Under the pieces are notes generated by a model. That model was not told the DNA's origin and searched no databases. It was given only the letters and a program-made list of their open reading frames with translations. Positions 11,401 through 24,612 of a stretch of 64,000 bases of DNA are shown here, piece by piece (the stretch's first letter is position 1; each line of letters begins with the position of its first letter). The translations under genes were made by a program, and so were the position numbers. The stretch is taken from positions 15,624,001 to 15,688,000 of the forward strand of contig OZ059900.1 of NCBI GenBank assembly GCA_964057225.1, read 5' to 3'. Source of the stretch: Auanema rhodensis (lineage: Eukaryota; Animalia; Nematoda).

Positions 11401-14400
11401 GCATGTAAAATGCTTCATTTTAGTATGTAACACGCTGAAATTCGTTGCATTTGACGACTCATATGAACAAAAATCGATTTAATCAATATTAGCCATAAGG
11501 GGCGTGCCCTCAGAATATGCTAATTTCCTTAATTTTCTAACCCCTGTTTTTTGTCGTGAAAGTGGAACTAGACGTTGTACGAACAATTTTGAGCTAGGTT
11601 TCATTGACATTGCATGAGTTTGAACACATGAAATCGTAAGTCAAAACCTTGTTTACAGCGAAATTTCCAAAAACTGGTTTTCCAGCATAATAAAATATTT
11701 CTCATGGGAAATACTGTGTTTTTGTATTTTTCTAGTGTTCAGCATGTAAAATGCTTCATTTTAGTATGTAACACGCTGAAATTCGTTGCATTTGACGACT
11801 CATATGAACAAAAATCGATTTAATCAATATTAGCCATAAAGGGCGTGCCCTCAGAATATGCTAATTTCCTTAATTTTCTAACCCCTCTTTTTTGGCCGTG
11901 AAAGTGGAACTAGACGTTGTACAAACAATTTTGAGCTAGGTTTTATTGACATTGCATGAGTTTGAACACATGAAATCGTAAGTCAAAACCTTGTTTACAG
12001 CGAAATTTCCAAAAACTGGTTTTCCAGCATAATAAAATATTTCTCATGGGAAATACTGTGTTTTTGTATTTTTCTAGTGTTCAGCATGTAAAATGCTTCA
12101 TTTTAGTTTGTAACACGCTGAAATTCGTTGCATTTGACGACTCATATGAACAAAAATCGATTTAATCAATATTAGCCATAAGGGGCGTGCCCTCAGAATA
12201 TGCTAATTTCCTTAATTTTCTAACCCCTGTTTTTTTGTCGTGAAAGTGGAACTAGACGTTGTACGAACAATTTTGAGCTAAGTTTCATTGACATTGCATG
12301 AGTTTGAACACATGAAATCGTAAGTCAAAACCTTGTTTACAGCGAAATTTCCAAAAACTGGTTTTCCAGCATAATAAAATATTTCTCATGGGAAATACTG
12401 TGTTTTTGTATTTTTCTAGTGTTCAGCATGTAAAATGCTTCATTTTAGTTTGTAACACGCTGAAATTCGTTGCATTTGACGACTCATATGAACAAAAATC
12501 GATTTAATCAATATTAGCCATAAAGGGCGTGCCCTCAGAATATGTTAATTTCCTTAATTTTCTAACCCCTGTTTTTTTGTCGTGAAAGTGGAACTAGACG
12601 TTTTACGAACAATTTTGAGCTAGGTTTCATTGATATTGCATGAGTTTGAACACATGAAATCGTAAGTCAAAACCTTGTTTACAGCGAAATTTCCAAAAAC
12701 TGGTTTTCCAGCATAATAAAATATTTCTCATGGGAAAAACTGTGTTTTTGTATTTTTCTAGTGTTCAGCATGTAAAATGCTTCATTTTAGTATGTAACAC
12801 GCTGAAATTCGTTGCATTTGACGACTCATATGAACAAAAATCGATTTAATCAATATTAGCCATAAGGGGCGTGCCCTCAGAATATGCTAATTTCCTTAAT
12901 TTTCTAACCCCTGTTTTTTTGTCGTGAAAGTGGAACTAGACGTTTTACGAACAATTTTGAGCTAGGTTTCATTGACATTGCATGAGTTTGAACACATGAA
13001 ATCGTAAGTCAAAACCTTGTTTACAGCGAAATTTCCAAAAACTGGTTTTCCAGCATAATAAAATATTTCTCATGGGAAATACTGTGTTTTTGTATTTTTC
13101 TAGTGTTCAGCATGTAAAATGCTTCATTTTAGTATGTAACACGCTGAAATTCGTTGCATTTGACGATTCATATGAACAAAAATCGATTTAATCAATATTA
13201 GCCATAAAGGGCGTGCCCTCAGAATATGCTAATTTCCTTAATTTTCTAACCCCTGTTTTTTTGTCGTGAAAGTGGAACTAGACGTTGTAGGAACAATTTT
13301 GAGCTAGGTTTCATTGACATTGCATGAGTTTGAACACATGAAATCGTAAGTCAAAACCTTGTTTACAGCGAAATTTCCAAAAACTGGTTTTCCAGCATAA
13401 TAAAATATTTCTCATAGGAAATACTGTGTTTTTGTATTTTTCTAGTGTTCAGCATGTAAAATGCTTCATTTTAGTATGTAACACGCTGAAATTCGTTGCA
13501 TTTGACGATTCATATGAACAAAAATCGATTTAATCAATATTAGCCATAAAGGGCGTGCCCTCAGAATATGCTAATTTCCTTAATTTTCTAACCCCTGTTT
13601 TTTTGTCGTGAAAGTGGAACTAGACGTTTTACGAACAATTTTGAGCTAGGTTTCATTGACATTGCATGAGTTTGAACACATGAAATCGTAAGTCAAAACC
13701 TTGTTTACAGCGAAATTTCCAAAAACTGGTTTTCCAGCATAATAAAATATTTCTCATGGGAAATACTGTGTTTTTGTATTTCTCTAGTGTTCAGCATGTA
13801 AAATGCTTCATTTTAGTATGTAACACGCTGAAATTCGTTGCATTTGACGACTCATATGAACAAAAATCGATTTAATCAATATTAGCCATAAGGGGCGTGC
13901 CCTCTGAATATGCTAATTTCCTTAATTTTCTAACCCCTGTTTTTTTGTAGTGAAAGTGGAACTAGACGTTGTACGAACAATTTTGAGCTAGGTTTCATTG
14001 ACATTGCATGAGTTTGAACACATGAAATCGTAAGTCAAAACCTTGTTTACAGCGAAATTTCCAAAAACTGGTTTTCCAGCATAATAAAATATTTCTCATG
14101 GGAAATACTGTGTTTTTGTATTTTTCTAGTGTTCAGCATGTAAAATGCTTCATTTTAGTATGTAACACGCTGAAATTCGTTGCATTTGACGACTCATATG
14201 AACAAAAATCGATTTAATCAATATTAGCCATAAAGGGCGTGCCCTCAGAATATGCTAATTTCCTTAATTTTCTAACCCCTGTTTTTTTGTCGTGAAAGTG
14301 GAACTAGACGTTTTACGAACAATTTTGAGCTAGGTTTCATTGACATTGCATGAGTTTGAACACATGAAATCGTAAGTCAAAACCTTGTTTACAGCGAAAT

Positions 14401-17400
14401 TTCCAAAAACTGGTTTTCCAGCATAATAAAATATTTCTCATGGGAAATACTGTGTTTTTGTATTTCTCTAGTGTTCAGCATGTAAAATGCTTCATTTTAG
14501 TATGTAACACGCTGAAATTCGTTGCATTTGACGACTCATATGAACAAAAATCGATTTAATCAATATTAGCCATAAGGGGCGTGCCCTCAGAATATGCTAA
14601 TTTCCTTAATTTTCTAACCCCTGTTTTTTGTCGTGAAAGTGGAACTAGACGTTGTACGAACAATTTTGAGCTAGGTTTCATTGACATTGCATGAGTTTGA
14701 ACACATGAAATCGTAAGTCAAAACCTTGTTTACAGCGAAATTTCCAAAAACTGGTTTTCCAGCATAATAAAATATTTCTCATGGGAAATACTGTGTTTTT
14801 GTATTTTTCTAGTGTTCAGCATGTAAAATGCTTCATTTTAGTATGTAACACGCTGAAATTCGTTGCATTTGACGACTCATATGAACAAAAATCGATTTAA
14901 TCAATATTAGCCATAAAGGGCGTGCCCTCAGAATATGCTAATTTCCTTAATTTTCTAACCCCTCTTTTTTGGCCGTGAAAGTGGAACTAGACGTTGTACA
15001 AACAATTTTGAGCTAGGTTTTATTGACATTGCATGAGTTTGAACACATGAAATCGTAAGTCAAAACCTTGTTTACAGCGAAATTTCCAAAAACTGGTTTT
15101 CCAGCATAATAAAATATTTCTCATGAGAAATACTGTGTTTTTGTATTTTTCTAGTGTTCAGCATGTAAAATGCTTCATTTTAGTATGTAACACGCTGAAA
15201 TTCGTTGCATTTGACGACTCATATGAACAAAAATCGATTTAATCAATATTAGCCATAAGGGGCGTGCCCTCAGAATATGCTAATTTCCTTAATTTTCTAA
15301 CCCCTGTTTTTTTGTCGTGAAAGTGGAACTAGACGTTTTACGAACAATTTTGAGCTAGGTTTTATTGACATTGCATGAGTTTGAACACATGAAATCGTAA
15401 GTCAAAACCTTGTTTACAGCGAAATTTCCAAAAACTGGTTTTCCAGCATAATAAAATATTTCTCATGGGAAATACTGTGTTTTTGTATTTCTCTAGTGTT
15501 CAGCATGTAAAATGCTTCATTTTAGTATGTAACACGCTGAAATTCGTTGCATTTGACGACTCATATGAACAAAAATCGATTTAATCAATATTAGCCATAA
15601 GGGGCGTGCCCTCAGAATATGCTAATTTCCTTAATTTTCTAACCCCTGTTTTTTGTCGTGAAAGTGGAACTAGACGTTGTACGAACAATTTTGAGCTAGG
15701 TTTCATTGACATTGCATGAGTTTGAACACATGAAATCGTAAGTCAAAACCTTGTTTACAGCGAAATTTCCAAAAACTGGTTTTCCAGCATAATAAAATAT
15801 TTCTCATGGGAAATACTGTGTTTTTGTATTTTTCTAGTGTTCAGCATGTGAAATGCTTCATTTTAGTATGTAACACGCTGAAATTCGTTGCATTTGACGA
15901 CTCATATGAACAAAAATCGATTTAATCAATATTAGCCATAAAGGGCGTGCCCTCAGAATATGCTAATTTCCTTAATTTTCTAACCCCTCTTTTTTGGCCG
16001 TGAAAGTGGAACTAGACGTTGTACAAACAATTTTGAGCTAGGTTTTATTGACATTGCATGAGTTTGAACACATGAAATCGTAAGTCAAAACCTTGTTTAC
16101 AGCGAAATTTCCAAAAACTGGTTTTCCAGCATAATAAAATATTTCTCATGAGAAATACTGTGTTTTTGTATTTTTCTAGTGTTCAGCATGTAAAATGCTT
16201 CATTTTAGTATGTAACACGCTGAAATTCATTGCATTTGACGATTCATATGAACAAAAATCGATTTAATCAATATTAGCCATAAAGGGCGTGCCCTCAGAA
16301 TATGCTAATTTCCTTAATTTTCTAACCCCTGTTTTTTTGTCGTGAAAGTGGAACTAGACGTTGTAGGAACAATTTTGAGCTAGGTTTCATTGACATTGCA
16401 TGAGTTTGAACACATGAAATCGTAAGTCAAAACCTTGTTTACAGCGAAATTTCCAAAAACTGGTTTTCCAGCATAATAAAATATTTCTCATGGGAAATAC
16501 TGTGTTTTTGTATTTCTCTAGTGTTCAGCATGTAAAATGCTTCATTTTAGTATGTAACACGCTGAAATTCGTTGCATTTGACGACTCATATGAACAAAAA
16601 TCGATTTAATCAATATTAGCCATAAGGGGCGTGCCCTCAGAATATGCTAATTTCCTTAATTTTCTAACCCCTGTTTTTTGTCGTGAAAGTGGAACTAGAC
16701 GTTGTACGAACAATTTTGAGCTAGGTTTCATTGACATTGCATGAGTTTGAACACATGAAATCGTAAGTCAAAACCTTGTTTACAGCGAAATTTCCAAAAA
16801 CTGGTTTTCCAGCATAATAAAATATTTCTCATGGGAAATACTGTGTTTTTGTATTTTTCTAGTGTTCAGCATGTAAAATGCTTCATTTTAGTATGTAACA
16901 CGCTGAAATTCGTTGCATTTGACGACTCATATGAACAAAAATCGATTTAATCAATATTAGCCATAAAGGGCGTGCCCTCAGAATATGCTAATTTCCTTAA
17001 TTTTCTAACCCCTCTTTTTTGGCCGTGAAAGTGGAACTAGACGTTGTACAAACAATTTTGAGCTAGGTTTTATTGACATTGCATGAGTTTGAACACATGA
17101 AATCGTAAGTCAAAACCTTGTTTACAGCGAAATTTCCAAAAACTGGTTTTCCAGCATAATAAAATATTTCTCATGAGAAATACTGTGTTTTTGTATTTTT
17201 CTAGTGTTCAGCATGTAAAATGCTTCATTTTAGTATGTAACACGCTGAAATTCGTTGCATTTGACGATTCATATGAACAAAAATCGATTTAATCAATATT
17301 AGCCATAAAGGGCGTGCCCTCAGAATATGCTAATTTCCTTAATTTTCTAACCCCTGTTTTTTTGTCGTGAAAGTGGAACTAGACGTTGTAGGAACAATTT

Positions 17401-20400
17401 TGAGCTAGGTTTCATTGACATTGCATGAGTTTGAACACATGAAATCGTAAGTCAAAACCTTGTTTACAGCGAAATTTCCAAAAACTGGTTTTCCAGCATA
17501 ATAAAATATTTCTCATGGGAAATACTGTGTTTTTGTATTTTTCTAGTGTTCAGCATGTAAAATGCTTCATTTTAGTATGTAACACGCTGAAATTCGTTGC
17601 ATTTGACGACTCATATGAACAAAAATCGATTTAATCAATATTAGCCATAAGGGGCGTGCCCTCTGAATATGCTAATTTCCTTAATTTTCTAACCCCTGTT
17701 TTTTTGTAGTGAAAGTGGAACTAGACGTTGTACGAACAATTTTGAGCTAGGTTTCATTGACATTGCATGAGTTTGAACACATGAAATCGTAAGTCAAAAC
17801 CTTGTTTACAGCGAAATTTCCAAAAACTGGTTTTCCAGCATAATAAAATATTTCTCATGGGAAATACTGTGTTTTTGTATTTTTCTAGTGTTCAGCATGT
17901 AAAATGCTTCATTTTAGTATGTAACACGCTGAAATTCGTTGCATTTGACGACTCATATGAACAAAAATCGATTTAATCAATATTAGCCATAAAGGGCGTG
18001 CCCTCAGAATATGCTAATTTCCTTAATTTTCTAACCCCTGTTTTTTTGTCGTGAAAGTGGAACTAGACGTTTTACGAACAATTTTGAGCTAGGTTTCATT
18101 GACATTGCATGAGTTTGAACACATGAAATCGTAAGTCAAAACCTTGTTTACAGCGAAATTTCCAAAAACTGGTTTTCCAGCATAATAAAATATTTCTCAT
18201 GGGAAATACTGTGTTTTTGTATTTTTCTAGTGTTCAGCATGTAAAATGCTTCATTTTAGTATGTAACACGCTGAAATTCGTTGCATTTGACGACTCATAT
18301 GAACAAAAATCGATTTAATCAATATTAGCCATAAAGGGCGTGCCCTCAGAATATGCTAATTTCCTTAATTTTCTAACCCCTGTTTTTTTGTCGTGAAAGT
18401 GGAACTAGACGTTTTACGAACAATTTTGAGCTAGGTTTCATTGACATTGCATGAGTTTGAACACATGAAATCGTAAGTCAAAACCTTGTTTACAGCGAAA
18501 TTTCCAAAAACTGGTTTTCCAGCATAATAAAATATTTCTCATGGGAAATACTGTGTTTTTGTATTTCTCTAGTGTTCAGCATGTAAAATGCTTCATTTTA
18601 GTATGTAACACGCTGAAATTCGTTGCATTTGACGACTCATATGAACAAAAATCGATTTAATCAATATTAGCCATAAGGGGCGTGCCCTCAGAATATGCTA
18701 ATTTCCTTAATTTTCTAACCCCTGTTTTTTGTCGTGAAAGTGGAACTAGACGTTGTACGAACAATTTTGAGCTAGGTTTCATTGACATTGCATGAGTTTG
18801 AACACATGAAATCGTAAGTCAAAACCTTGTTTACAGCGAAATTTCCAAAAACTGGTTTTCCAGCATAATAAAATATTTCTCATGGGAAATACTGTGTTTT
18901 TGTATTTTTCTAGTGTTCAGCATGTAAAATGCTTCATTTTAGTATGTAACACGCTGAAATTCGTTGCATTTGACGACTCATATGAACAAAAATCGATTTA
19001 ATCAATATTAGCCATAAAGGGCGTGCCCTCAGAATATGCTAATTTCCTTAATTTTCTAACCCCTCTTTTTTGGCCGTGAAAGTGGAACTAGACGTTGTAC
19101 AAACAATTTTGAGCTAGGTTTTATTGACATTGCATGAGTTTGAACACATGAAATCGTAAGTCAAAACCTTGTTTACAGCGAAATTTCCAAAAACTGGTTT
19201 TCCAGCATAATAAAATATTTCTCATGAGAAATACTGTGTTTTTGTATTTTTCTAGTGTTCAGCATGTAAAATGCTTCATTTTAGTATGTAACACGCTGAA
19301 ATTCGTTGCATTTGACGACTCATATGAACAAAAATCGATTTAATCAATATTAGCCATAACGGGCGTGCCCTCAGAATATGCTAATTTCCTTAATTTTCTA
19401 ACCCCTGTTTTTTTGTCGTGAAAGTGGAACTAGACGTTTTACGAACAATTTTGAGCTAGGTTTTATTGACATTGCATGAGTTTGAACACATGAAATCGTA
19501 AGTCAAAACCTTGTTTACAGCGAAATTTCCAAAAACTGGTTTTCCAGCATAATAAAATATTTCTCATGGGAAATACTGTGTTTTTGTATTTCTCTAGTGT
19601 TCAGCATGTAAAATGCTTCATTTTAGTATGTAACACGCTGAAATTCGTTGCATTTGACGACTCATATGAACAAAAATCGATTTAATCAATATTAGCCATA
19701 AGGGGCGTGCCCTCAGAATATGCTAATTTCCTTAATTTTCTAACCCCTGTTTTTTGTCGTGAAAGTGGAACTAGACGTTGTACGAACAATTTTGAGCTAG
19801 GTTTCATTGACATTGCATGAGTTTGAACACATGAAATCGTAAGTCAAAACCTTGTTTACAGCGAAATTTCCAAAAACTGGTTTTCCAGCATAATAAAATA
19901 TTTCTCATGGGAAATACTGTGTTTTTGTATTTTTCTAGTGTTCAGCATGTAAAATGCTTCATTTTAGTATGTAACACGCTGAAATTCGTTGCATTTGACG
20001 ACTCATATGAACAAAAATCGATTTAATCAATATTAGCCATAAAGGGCGTGCCCTCAGAATATGCTAATTTCCTTAATTTTCTAACCCCTCTTTTTTGGCC
20101 GTGAAAGTGGAACTAGACGTTGTACAAACAATTTTGAGCTAGGTTTTATTGACATTGCATGAGTTTGAACACATGAAATCGTAAGTCAAAACCTTGTTTA
20201 CAGCGAAATTTCCAAAAACTGGTTTTCCAGCATAATAAAATATTTCTCATGAGAAATACTGTGTTTTTGTATTTTTCTAGTGTTCAGCATGTAAAATGCT
20301 TCATTTTAGTATGTAACACGCTGAAATTCGTTGCATTTGACGACTCATATGAACAAAAATCGATTTAATCAATATTAGCCATAAGGGGCGTGCCCTCTGA

Positions 20401-20510
20401 ATATGCTAATTTCCTTAATTTTCTAACCCCTGTTTTTTTGTCGTGAAAGTGGAATTAGACGTTGTAGGAACAATTTTGAGCTAGGTTTCATTGATATTGC
20501 ATGAGTTTGA

Positions 20511-23500
20511 ACACATGAAATCGTAAGTCAAAACCTTGTTTACAGCGAAATTTCCAAAAACTGGTTTTCCAGCATAATAAAATATTTCTCATGGGAAATA
20601 CTGTGTTTTTGTATTTTTCTAGTGTTCAGCATGTAAAATGCTTCATTTTAGTATGTAACACGCTGAAATTCGTTGCATTTGACGACTCATATGAACAAAA
20701 ATCGATTTAATCAATATTAGCCATAAAGGGCGTGCCCTCAGAATATGCTAATTTCCTTAATTTTCTAACCCCTCTTTTTTGGCCGTGAAAGTGGAACTAG
20801 ACGTTGTACAAACAATTTTGAGCTAGGTTTTATTGACATTGCATGAGTTTGAACACATGAAATCGTAAGTCAAAACCTTGTTTACAGCGAAATTTCCAAA
20901 AACTGGTTTTCCAGCATAATAAAATATTTCTCATGAGAAATACTGTGTTTTTGTATTTTTCTAGTGTTCAGCATGTAAAATGCTTCATTTTAGTATGTAA
21001 CACGCTGAAATTCGTTGCATTTGACGATTCATATGAACAAAAATCGATTTAATCAATATTAGCCATAAAGGGCGTGCCCTCAGAATATGCTAATTTCCTT
21101 AATTTTCTAACCCCTGTTTTTTTGTCGTGAAAGTGGAACTAGACGTTGTAGGAACAATTTTGAGCTAGGTTTCATTGACATTGCATGAGTTTGAACACAT
21201 GAAATCGTAAGTCAAAACCTTGTTTACAGCGAAATTTCCAAAAACTGGTTTTCCAGCATAATAAAATATTTCTCATGGGAAATACTGTGTTTTTGTATTT
21301 TTCTAGTGTTCAGCATGTAAAATGCTTCATTTTAGTATGTAACACGCTGAAATTCGTTGCATTTGACGACTCATATGAACAAAAATCGATTTAATCAATA
21401 TTAGCCATAAAGGGCGTGCCCTCAGAATATGCTAATTTCCTTAATTTTCTAACCCCTCTTTTTTGGCCGTGAAAGTGGAACTAAACGTTGTACAAACAAT
21501 TTTGAGCTAGGTTTTATTGACATTGCATGAGTTTGAACACATGAAATCGTAAGTCGAAACCTTGTTTACAGCGAAATTTCCAAAAACTGGTTTTCCAGCA
21601 TAATAAAATATTTCTCATGAGAAATACTGTGTTTTTGTATTTTTCTAGTGTTCAGCATGTAAAATGCTTCATTTTAGTATGTAACACGCTGAAATTCGTT
21701 GCATTTGACGATTCATATGAACAAAAATCGATTTAATCAATATTAGCCATAAAGGGCGTGCCCTCAGAATATGCTAATTTCCTTAATTTTCTAACCCCTG
21801 TTTTTTTGTCGTGAAAGTGGAACTAGACGTTGTAGGAACAATTTTGAGCTAGGTTTCATTGACATTGCATGAGTTTGAACACATGAAATCGTAAGTCAAA
21901 ACCTTGTTTACAGCGAAATTTCCAAAAACTGGTTTTCCAGCATAATAAAATATTTCTCATGGGAAATACTGTGTTTTTGTATTTTTCTAGTGTTCAGCAT
22001 GTAAAATGCTTCATTTTAGTATGTAACACGCTGAAATTCGTTGCATTTGACGACTCATATGAACAAAAATCGATTTAATCAATATTAGCCATAAAGGGCG
22101 TGCCCTCAGAATATGCTAATTTCCTTAATTTTCTAACCCCTGTTTTTTTGTCGTGAAAGTGGAACTAGACGTTTTACGAACAATTTTGAGCTAGGTTTCA
22201 TTGACATTGCATGAGTTTGAACACATGAAATCGTAAGTCAAAACCTTGTTTACAGCGAAATTTCCAAAAACTGGTTTTCCAGCATAATAAAATATTTCTC
22301 ATGGGAAATACTGTGTTTTTGTATTTCTCTAGTGTTCAGCATGTAAAATGCTTCATTTTAGTATGTAACACGCTGAAATTCGTTGCATTTGACGACTCAT
22401 ATGAACAAAAATCGATTTAATCAATATTAGCCATAAGGGGCGTGCCCTCAGAATATGCTAATTTCCTTAATTTTCTAACCCCTGTTTTTTGTCGTGAAAG
22501 TGGAACTAGACGTTGTACGAACAATTTTGAGCTAGGTTTCATTGACATTGCATGAGTTTGAACACATGAAATCGTAAGTCAAAACCTTGTTTACAGCGAA
22601 ATTTCCAAAAACTGGTTTTCCAGCATAATAAAATATTTCTCATGGGAAATACTGTGTTTTTGTATTTTTCTAGTGTTCAGCATGTAAAATGCTTCATTTT
22701 AGTATGTAACACGCTGAAATTCGTTGCATTTGACGACTCATATGAACAAAAATCGATTTAATCAATATTAGCCATAAAGGGCGTGCCCTCAGAATATGCT
22801 AATTTCCTTAATTTTCTAACCCCTCTTTTTTGGCCGTGAAAGTGGAACTAGACGTTGTACAAACAATTTTGAGCTAGGTTTTATTGACATTGCATGAGTT
22901 TGAACACATGAAATCGTAAGTCAAAACCTTGTTTACAGCGAAATTTCCAAAAACTGGTTTTCCAGCATAATAAAATATTTCTCATGAGAAATACTGTGTT
23001 TTTGTATTTTTCTAGTGTTCAGCATGTAAAATGCTTCATTTTAGTATGTAACACGCTGAAATTCGTTGCATTTGACGATTCATATGAACAAAAATCGATT
23101 TAATCAATATTAGCCATAAAGGGCGTGCCCTCAGAATATGCTAATTTCCTTAATTTTCTAACCCCTGTTTTTTTGTCGTGAAAGTGGAACTAGACGTTGT
23201 AGGAACAATTTTGAGCTAGGTTTCATTGACATTGCATGAGTTTGAACACATGAAATCGTAAGTCAAAACCTTGTTTACAGCGAAATTTCCAAAAACTGGT
23301 TTTCCAGCATAATAAAATATTTCTCATGGGAAATACTGTGTTTTTGTATTTTTCTAGTGTTCAGCATGTAAAATGCTTCATTTTAGTATGTAACACGCTG
23401 AAATTCGTTGCATTTGACGACTCATATGAACAAAAATCGATTTAATCAATATTAGCCATAAAGGGCGTGCCCTCAGAATATGCTAATTTCCTTAATTTTC

Positions 23501-24612
23501 TAACCCCTCTTTTTTGGCCGTGAAAGTGGAACTAAACGTTGTACAAACAATTTTGAGCTAGGTTTTATTGACATTGCATGAGTTTGAACACATGAAATCG
23601 TAAGTCGAAACCTTGTTTACAGCGAAATTTCCAAAAACTGGTTTTCCAGCATAATAAAATATTTCTCATGAGAAATACTGTGTTTTTGTATTTTTCTAGT
23701 GTTCAGCATGTAAAATGCTTCATTTTAGTATGTAACACGCTGAAATTCGTTGCATTTGACGATTCATATGAACAAAAATCGATTTAATCAATATTAGCCA
23801 TAAAGGGCGTGCCCTCAGAATATGCTAATTTCCTTAATTTTCTAACCCCTGTTTTTTTGTCGTGAAAGTGGAACTAGACGTTGTAGGAACAATTTTGAGC
23901 TAGGTTTCATTGACATTGCATGAGTTTGAACACATGAAATCGTAAGTCAAAACCTTGTTTACAGCGAAATTTCCAAAAACTGGTTTTCCAGCATAATAAA
24001 ATATTTCTCATGGGAAATACTGTGTTTTTGTATTTTTCTAGTGTTCAGCATGTAAAATGCTTCATTTTAGTATGTAACACGCTGAAATTCGTTGCATTTG
24101 ACGACTCATATGAACAAAAATCGATTTAATCAATATTAGCCATAAAGGGCGTGCCCTCAGAATATGCTAATTTCCTTAATTTTCTAACCCCTGTTTTTTT
24201 GTCGTGAAAGTGGAACTAGACGTTTTACGAACAATTTTGAGCTAGGTTTCATTGACATTGCATGAGTTTGAACACATGAAATCGTAAGTCAAAACCTTGT
24301 TTACAGCGAAATTTCCAAAAACTGGTTTTCCAGCATAATAAAATATTTCTCATGGGAAATACTGTGTTTTTGTATTTCTCTAGTGTTCAGCATGTAAAAT
24401 GCTTCATTTTAGTATGTAACACGCTGAAATTCGTTGCATTTGACGACTCATATGAACAAAAATCGATTTAATCAATATTAGCCATAAGGGGCGTGCCCTC
24501 AGAATATGCTAATTTCCTTAATTTTCTAACCCCTGTTTTTTGTCGTGAAAGTGGAACTAGACGTTGTACGAACAATTTTGAGCTAGGTTTCATTGACATT
24601 GCATGAGTTTGA
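20511..24612 (+). repeat. Tandem 6-monomer duplication (2051 bp x2)
   Basis: Private variants CTAAACG (21484/23535) and GTCGAAA (~21556/23607) recur at +2051 with the same monomer order. Confidence 0.85.
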
